A stretch of 64,000 nucleotides of DNA, from NCBI RefSeq assembly GCF_963921235.1, contig NC_086097.1:32180001-32244000 (forward strand), in the 5' to 3' direction. Shown here in pieces: positions 55,935 to 64,000 of the stretch. Made by a program: the position numbers and the translations under genes. The notes below the pieces were generated by a model. That model was given only the letters and a program-made list of their open reading frames with translations, was not told the DNA's origin and did not search any database. The DNA is from Mobula hypostoma. Taxonomy: Eukaryota. The stretch's first letter is position 1. Every line of letters begins with the position of its first letter.

Positions 55935-58025
55935 CTGAGAAAGAACAGCGAGACAGACAGCGTTTAGTACGGGTAGGTGCGAGGTATGGCACGTGGGCGA
56001 GGCAGACTGGGGCAGGGTATTGGATCTGGATGCTTTTATGACCTAAAGATTCTTTGGAAGTCAAGAATGAGGCATTAAACTCCCTGCTTTTGTAACACTT
56101 ACTGAAAGTATAAAGAAGAAGCAAGGAGAGAGAGAAAGAAAGCAGCAAAAGGCTAAAAAGACTTCTCAAAGCAGACTGCACCAAACAGAAATTCTACTGA
56201 TAACAGTTAACCACTAAGACACCCAGATTCAGGTGAGATGACACACAACAATGAAATCAAGAAGATTCCACAAAAGTCCAGAGTCAGTGGTAACCACTGA
56301 ACAATCACGTGTATGTAGGTGATTAGATAAAAAAACTAACAAGCGTAGGAAAGTTAAACTACAAGAAAAACAGCAGTGCTACACCCCAGTGCAACAAGGG
56401 CACGCACGGCAGGGAGCAGGGACAGAGGGAGTAGTCCAGAACAGAGAGACCTCGGGGAGCAGGCACACAGTTCCTTATAAAGGGTGACACTGGTAGAAAG
56501 AGTGGTGAAGGTCGCATTTGGCACGCTGGCCTTCATAGGACATAGAACATTACCGGCCCTTCGGCCCACAATATCGTGCTAACCTTTTAACCTACTGAGA
56601 TCAATCTAACCCTTCTGTCCTACATAGACCTTTTTATCCGTCATCCATCATCAGAGTCTTATAACTAACCCCTAATGTATCTGCCTCCACCACCACCCCT
56701 GGCAGGATGTTCCACACATTCACCGCTCTGTATAAAAAACGTACCTCTGATACCACCCCATTCTCTCCTCTCATCATTTTAAAATTACACCCACTCGCAT
56801 TCGCCATTTCCACCCTTGGAAGAAGCCTCTGGCTCCTCGTCAGCCAGGGAACTGAGTACTGGAATTGGGGCGTCGCGTTACAGTTGTACAAGACATCGGT
56901 GAGACCACGAGTGCAGAATTGTGTGCTCTTTTCATCTCCTCTATTTGGAGATACAGCACAGTAGCAGCACTTTCCGGCCCCGAGACCCCCGCCAGCCAAG
57001 TGCAAGCACGGGACCAATTAAACTACTAACCCGTACATCTTTAGAATGTGGTATGGTAGGATACAGGAGGACCCAGAGAAAACCCACATAGTTAGGGGAG
57101 AATGTATAGACTCTTTACAGACAGCAGTGGGAATTGAAGCCTGGGTCACTGGGCTGCCCCTCAAAAACTCAGTTCAGGTCACCCTGCTACAGGATTAAGC
57201 CGGGAAGGCTGCACAATAGATTTGAGGACAGTACTGGGAATGGAGAGATTGAAAAAGCTCGATCGTTTTTCTCTGGAGGGCAGGAGACTGAGGGATGACT
57301 TTACAGAGGTTTATAAAATCATGAGGGAGTGTAGATAATGTGTACGGTGACAGTCGTTTCCCCCAGGGTACGGGAGTCTAGAGGGCATGGGTTTAAGGTG
57401 AGAAGGGGAAGATCTAGAAGGGGCCTGAGGGGCAATGTTTCCACCCGGAGGGTGATGGGTAAATGGAACGAGATCCCAAAGGAAGTGGGTACAATAACAA
57501 CATTTAAAAGACATTTGCACAGATATTATACACGGACAGGGCGGGTTTAGAGGGACCTGAGCTAAATGCGGGCAACTGGGACCAGCTCAGGAACAGATTT
57601 TCCGGGGCGGGGCGGTGGGGGGGGGGGATCTTGGGAAGGACCAACTTCTAAATTAACACCAAAATGCCTCACATCAGGGTCGAGGATGGAGCATTGCTGC
57701 CCTCTGCTGGGCGTGGGAGGGATGTCCCCCACTAAGAATCAGTACCGTGGGGTGGGGTGGACCCATTCCCTCAGTGAGAATGTACAGCTCAGGTTGGGGA
57801 GAGATCCATCCTGCAGGGACGGCCAACACCTTGAGGTGGGGAGCGACCAATCTCCCAGTGAGTTCAGCATCCTGGAGTGGGGTGAGGTGGGGAGATTCAC
57901 CCCCCGCCACAGTAAGGTTTAGCACCCTGGTGTGGGGAAGGAACCATCCCATAATGAAAGTCAGCACCCTGGGGAGTGGACAGAAGGGACCCTTACCTCG
58001 AGGAGTACAAGCAGATGGCACCTAC

Positions 58026-58157
58026 CTTCTGCTGGGCCTTGGCCTCACCCACAGTCCTGTTCTGCTGCCACAGTCTCTCCTCCAGCTCCCGAAGTCGGTC
58101 CGTGCAGTCCACGATCCTGATCCTCAGCTCCTCTGCACGGCCCCCCTGGACCCCCAC
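58026..58157 (-). CDS. SYNE2: Nesprin exon VGVQGGRAEELRIRIVDCTDRLRELEERLWQQNRTVGEAKAQQK
   Basis: 132 nt, phase 0-0, acceptor ctctgttcctgtcag|, donor AAG|GTAGGT, heptad pattern. Confidence 0.88.
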
Positions 58158-60587
58158 CTGACAGGAACAGAGAGTGGGGAGATCAGGCCCACCACTGTGG
58201 CTGGGATCCCCTCTGTATGCCCGCCAGCCGAGTCTCCACACGCAGTCCCATGGGAGCATTACACTCCCTCCCCATGTAGGACCTGGAGCAGAGACCTCAG
58301 CGTTCAGTCACCCCACACCCCCACTCCTGCCTCTGCACCACTCCCACTCTCCTGCCAGCACCGGACAGACACACAGCAAGGCAGAGGGTCACTCCACCAC
58401 CGACATCAAAGTCAACGTCACAGTTACAGTCACGGGCACAAGCATATAGAACATACAACAGTACAGCGCCTTCAATCCACAATGTCGTCCCAGCCCTTTA
58501 ACCGAATCTCAGATCTAACCATTCCCTCCCACATAGCCCTCTATTCTTCTATCATCCATGTGCTTTCTAAAGGTTTCTTAAATGTCCCTAAAGTATCTGC
58601 CTCTACCACCACCCCTGGCAGTGCATCACTCTCTTTGTAAATATCCTACCTCTGACATGCCCTCAATACTTTCCTTCAATCACTGTACAGTGATGCTCTC
58701 TCCTGTGAGCTATTTCTACCCAGGGAGTGCTGTCCACTCAGTCTACGTCTCCATGTAAATTGGTTTAACATCACTCCTACCAAGACACAGTTCTCGGAAC
58801 TCTTTCAATCTTATTGACATCTTCCCTGTAGATAAATGACCAGAATTGCACACAATACTCCACATTTGGCCTCACCAACATCTTAATTTTGAGCAGTTTT
58901 GGGCCCCTTATCTAAGGCAGGATGTGCTGGCATTGGGGAGGGTTAGAGAAGAGTCATGAGAATGATCCCAGGAATGAAAGGGTTAATGTATGACAAGCAC
59001 TTGATGCCTCCAGACCTGTAATCACTGGAGTTTAGAAGAATGAGGTAGGTATCTCATTGAAGCCTATCGAATATTCAAAGGCTTTGATAGAGAGGATGTG
59101 GACAGGACATTTCCTACAGTGGAGGAGTCCACAATCTATCAAGTTCAGGTTGATAGGTTCTTGATTAGTGAGGGTGTCAAAGGTTTTGGGGAGAAGGCAG
59201 GAGAATAGGGTTGAGAGGGATTAAAAAAATCAGTCATGAGGGAATAGCGGTCAACTTGATGGGCTGAATGGCCTAATTCTGCTCCTGTGTCTTATGGTCT
59301 TATACAAGTGCACCATTACATCCCAACTCCTGCACTCAATACTCTAATTATGAAGGCCAATATGCCACAAGCCTTCTTTACAGCCCTAGCTACCTATAAA
59401 ACCACTTTCAAAAAATTATGGATCTGTATTCCCAGATCCCTGTTCTACTGAATTCCTCAGTGCCCTACCATCCACTGTATAAGCCCTACCCTAGCCTGTC
59501 CTCCCACGAGTAACATCTCACAATTGTCTTCATTAAATTCCATCTGTCAATTTTCAGCCCATTTTTCCAGCAAGTCAAGATCCCACTGCAAGCTTTGAGA
59601 GCCTTCCTTGCTGTCCACAACATCTCCAATCCTAGAGTCATTGGGAATGCGAGAAGCCGCAGAGAGTAGAGGATTCAGGCCAGTACATCACACACACACA
59701 CCTCCCTCCCCATCACTGGCACCCCCAGGAGGCAACATCCATAATTAAAGTTCCCCACAGTCCGGGACATGCCCCCTTCTCGCAGTTACCATCAGGCAGG
59801 AGGTACAGAAGTCTGAAGTCCCACACCACCAGGTTCAAGAACAGCTACTTCCCTTCAACCTTTTGGTTACAGAGCTACAACACAGAAATAAACCCTTCAG
59901 CCCACCTATTTCACGTCAAACAATTATTGTGCTTCGTCCCATCAATCCACACCTGGACCATAGCCCTCCGTATCCCTCCCATCCATGCACTTACCTAGAC
60001 TTCCCTTAAATGTTGAAATCACGCCTGCATCCACTGAAAGCTGGTTCCACACTCGCACCACTCTCTGAGTGAAGAAGTTCTCCCTCAGGTTCCCCTTAAA
60101 CATCTGAGCTATCCAGCACAACCAACTGTGATATGATGGGACTCTTAACCTCTCAATCTACTCAATTCTGCTCTTGCACTTTATCATTTATCTGCACTGC
60201 ACTTTCTCTGTAGTTATTACACGTTATTCTGCATTCTGTTATTGTTTTATCTTGTTCTACCTCAATGCACTGTGTAATGATCTGATCTGTATAAATAGTA
60301 GGCAAGACAAACTTCTCACTGTTTAGTATATGTGACATTAATAAACTATTTCAATAGCTAATCACCATCTCATAATAGCAACACTATGACACTTCGCACT
60401 AAAATTGACATTTTGTCTATTTTTATGTAATATTCTCACATAAACCTTCCTTGTGAACGCTGTGCCCCTGATGCCATGTGCCTGTGAAACTGCTGTAAGT
60501 TTTACACTACACCTGCACACACTAGGCTTGTGACATGACCGGGAAGTGGCCGTGGCCCTGTCAGACGTCCACTCCCCCAAGACTCAC

Positions 60588-60725
60588 CTCCTCGTCCACG
60601 TTGTCTGAAGCTCTGGCAGTCTGCTGCATGTGCGCGGGGATCTCTGTGAAAATGGGGATGTCCCACTCCACGCGGCTGAGCTCAGCCGCCACCTCTCGCT
60701 GGGGACTCAGTGCCCCTCGGACTCC
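60588..60725 (-). CDS. SYNE2: Nesprin exon GVRGALSPQREVAAELSRVEWDIPIFTEIPAHMQQTARASDNVDEE
   Basis: 138 nt, phase 0-0, acceptor ctggcag|, donor GAG|GTGAGT, non-repeat DNA. Confidence 0.8.
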
Positions 60726-62350
60726 CTGCCAGCAATGTAGGAGCGTTAGATAGAGGAGAGGAGGCCACTCGGCCCCTCGTGCCTGTGCCTTTACCGAGTA
60801 AGATCTTTTATCCAATTGACATCTTCCTACACTGAGACCAATTCCATGAACTCCTTGAGCACAGTACAGGACAGGAGCAGCCCATTTGGCCTACAATATC
60901 TGTACTGAATACGATACCAAAGTAAACTAAATCTCTTCAGCCTGCACGTGATCCATATCTCTCTATTTCCTGCATGTTTATCTGTGTTTAACAGACTCTT
61001 AAACACCACTATCACGTCTGCCTCCACCACTCACAGGAGCCCATTCCAAGCACCCACCAATCTGTGTAAAAAAAAAACTTGCACAGCACTTCTCCTTTAA
61101 ACTTCTCCCTCTCACTCTAAAGCTAACCCTCTGCAATGTATCATTTCCGCCCTGGGGAAATGACTCTAACTACACCTTTCATAATCTTACAAATTTCCAG
61201 CGAGCCTCTCCTCAGCCTTCACTGCTCCAGAGAAAATGACCTCAGTTTGCTAACCTCTGTTTATCCCCTCTAATCCGGGCAGTGTCCTGGTGAACAACTT
61301 CTGCACCTTATCCAAAGCCTCCATGTCCTCTCTGTAAAGGGGCAAACAAACCTGCACACAATACTCCACTGTGGTCTGACCAAAGTCTTATACAGTCTGT
61401 AGAAATATTTCTGGATCTCAGCTCTGAAAAGTGGCCTCCTTTTGCCCGCCCCCCCCCCCCGTCCCAGACTGCCCAACACCAGAAATACCATCTTTCACCC
61501 AACCCATAAGTAGCCAGCACATTCAAGAGAAGTTCCGATAACTGCCTGGCCCCCAAAGCCGCCGGGAATATGAGCCTGTGTGACCAGCCCTTGCGGCCCG
61601 TTCCCGTGAAATTTTAGAGTCGCCACATCGTAGAGCACCATAGCCCATCTAATTGGAGCTGAACAATTATACTGCCTGGTACCTTCGATCTGTACCCGGA
61701 CCATAGCCCTCCATACCCCTCATATTCACATACCTATCCAAACCTCCAAAGTGTTGAAATCAAACCCGCCCACCATTTCCACTGACAGCTCACTCATGTG
61801 CAAAATCCTCTGAGTGAAGATGTTCCCCGCCCCCCCCCCAGGTTCCCCTTAAACATTTCACCTTTCACCTTTAACCCCTGATCTCCAGCTCTAATCTCAC
61901 CCAACCTCAGTGGAAAAAGCTTGCTTGCACTTACCCTACCTACACCCTTCAAAATTCTGTAAACCTCTAACAAATCTCCCCTCACTCTCCTACGCTCCAG
62001 GGAATAAAGTCCTAGCCTGTTCAATCCTAATAACTCATGGCCCACATCCTGGCAACAGCCTTGTCAATTTTCTCTGCACTCTTTCAGATTATGAAGACAC
62101 GCAGTCCTCTTTTATTGTCATTTAGTAATGCATGCATTAAGAAATGATACAGTATTTCCTCCGGTGTGATATCACAAAACACAGGACAGACCAAGACTGA
62201 AAAAACTATATCTTTCCTGTAGGTACATGACCAGAACTGCACACAATACTCCAAATAAGGCCTCACCAAGATCCTACACAACTTCAACACAGCATCCCAA
62301 CTCCTGTACTCAGTGCTCTGACTGAGGAAGGCCAGCGTGGCAAAAGCTTC

Positions 62351-62797
62351 CTAGAGATGCTGCCTGGCCTGCTGCGTTCACCAGCAACTTTTATGTGTGT
62401 TGTTTGAAATTCCAGCATCTGCAGATTTCCTCGTGTTTGCGTTTTTAAATTCACTACAGCGAAGCCTCTTCCGGTGATACCTACACTGAAAGAGTTTAAA
62501 TCTTCTCTTCGACGGAAGTTCGGTAAAACCATCTCTCACTGCTCCCCATCTGTAATTTCTTCGGCTCTTCAACTTTTCGACCACATTTTGACTCAGACTC
62601 TCTTGGCTCCATCCCTCCCCCTCCTGTCTTCTCCTATCATTTCAGATCCCCCCCTCTCCCTCCAACTTTCAAATCTCATACTAGCTCTTCTTTCAGTTAG
62701 TCTTGATGAAAGGTCTTGGCCCAAAACATCGACTGTACCCATTCCTAGAGATGCTGCCTGGCCTGCTGCATTCACCAGCAACTTTTATGTGTGTTGC
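62351..62797 (+). mobile_element. Internally deleted Penelope-like element with direct terminal repeats, inside a CR1 fragment
   Basis: ctagagatgctgcctggcctgctgc.ttcaccagcaacttttatgtgtgttg at 62351 and 62745; decayed hammerhead at about 62700-62733; CR1 sequence resumes on both sides. Confidence 0.75.
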
Positions 62798-62995
62798 TTT
62801 ACGACCCTATCTACCTGTGACAAACAAGAGAAAGTCTGCAGATGCTGGAAATCGGAGCAACACACACAAAATGCTGGAGGAACTCAGCACTCAACAGGCC
62901 AGGCAGCATCTATGGGGAAAAGTACGGTCGGCATTCCATGCGGTGACGAGGGATCCCTGTGCTACATGCCCTACTATTCACCGCGCAAGTCTTAC

Positions 62996-63111
62996 TTCTG
63001 CTAAATGTGTTCTGGCTGGCCCATCAAAGCTTGACCACAGCAATTGACTCTGAAATTCCCTCCAGGCTTTCCCCTGCACCGTCTGCCGAGTGTTTTCCAA
63101 TCGGCCACAGC
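62996..63111 (-). CDS. SYNE2: Candidate nesprin exon (CGRLENTRQTVQGKAWREFQSQLLWSSFDGPARTHLAE), phase 1-0
   Basis: Strong donor GAA|GTAAGA and an open helical-looking frame. The acceptor (gggagacag) lacks a good pyrimidine tract, so the 5' edge is uncertain. Confidence 0.45.
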
Positions 63112-64000
63112 CTGTCTCCCACGATCACGCTCCTGCACACACACTCGACAGTGGAAGCACCTACCATTTGCCATATCCAGGTCTCAGTTGTCTGAGACTG
63201 TGAAATGGAGTCACTTTCTATTTAGAAGAATCGCTTTATTTGTCACATGTACATCGAAATTCTGAAGCGTACAGTGAAATGTATCGCTTGAGTCAACAAC
63301 CAACTCAGTCCGTCCAAGAATCGTGCTGGCAAGTCCGCAAGTGTCACTATGCTTCCGATGCCAACATAGCATACTCACAACTTATTAACCCTAACCCATA
63401 CGTCCTTGGAATGTGGGAGGAAACCAGAGCACCCGGAGGAAACCCACGTGGTCACGGGGAGAACACACAAACTTCCTACGATCAGCGGCGGGAATCGAAC
63501 TCTGATCAGTGATCGCTGGTGCTGTAAAGTGATGCACTAATCACTTTACCGCCGTATATTTCTAAAACTTTCTACTGATTCAAAAGAGAAGCCAGGGAAG
63601 GGAACGACAGCCAGAGGGTGATTGATATGCACGAGGCATCTCCTGCACCTTCCCCTCCATTCAGCACACAGACCCTTCAGCAGTAACAGACTCCAGCCCC
63701 ACAGCCCACTTCACCTCGCCGACACAAAGCACAGCTGGGCTCTGCAAATGGAGTGAAGAAGAATTCATGTCTATACGACACAGATCCCCGGGCTTTGGTG
63801 AGGAGGGACAGCGTATTTCACAGATCACTTCACAATAGAACTCCCACCACAGCGCTGACAAACGATAAATAGCATCCCAAATTGTGGAGTACAATCTGAT
63901 GTGACACACACTCCAGGAATCGGTTATTGCACATACAAACTGTCTGAACCCCAGATTAGATCCCAGTTTGTAACCCTCTCCCAGGGTATTGTTATTGCAC

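Noticed and set aside
63715..63741. Possible 27-nt exon with a good acceptor and GTGAAG donor
   Set aside because: Too short to assess, and the upstream phase lies outside the window

Overview
Vertebrate genomic DNA, most likely a cartilaginous fish (ray or shark), inferred from the CR1, V-SINE, Penelope and Rex repeat landscape. One large minus-strand gene crosses the window. Fourteen core exons (60725 down to 842) have canonical AG/GT ends and compatible phases, and they splice into a spectrin-repeat rod that closely resembles the central part of nesprin-2 (SYNE2) as I recall it. No database was searched, and neither gene end lies in the window. The introns hold CR1 LINEs (one nearly full length with an esterase-type ORF1), Rex/Babar and Tx1 fragments, V-SINEs, a Penelope element with hammerhead-bearing terminal-repeat derivatives, an ORF1-only L1, a solo LTR, several minisatellites and a 5.6 kb GT tract. 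The best leads are: (1) a candidate internal first-exon pair giving a short nesprin isoform that starts with an MGxxxS myristoylation-like motif; (2) an intact minimal hammerhead ribozyme in a palindromic Penelope-derived element, oriented into the pre-mRNA; (3) a half-L1 element. I see no evidence for a wholly new multi-gene system. Most ORFs in the supplied track are repeat-derived noise.
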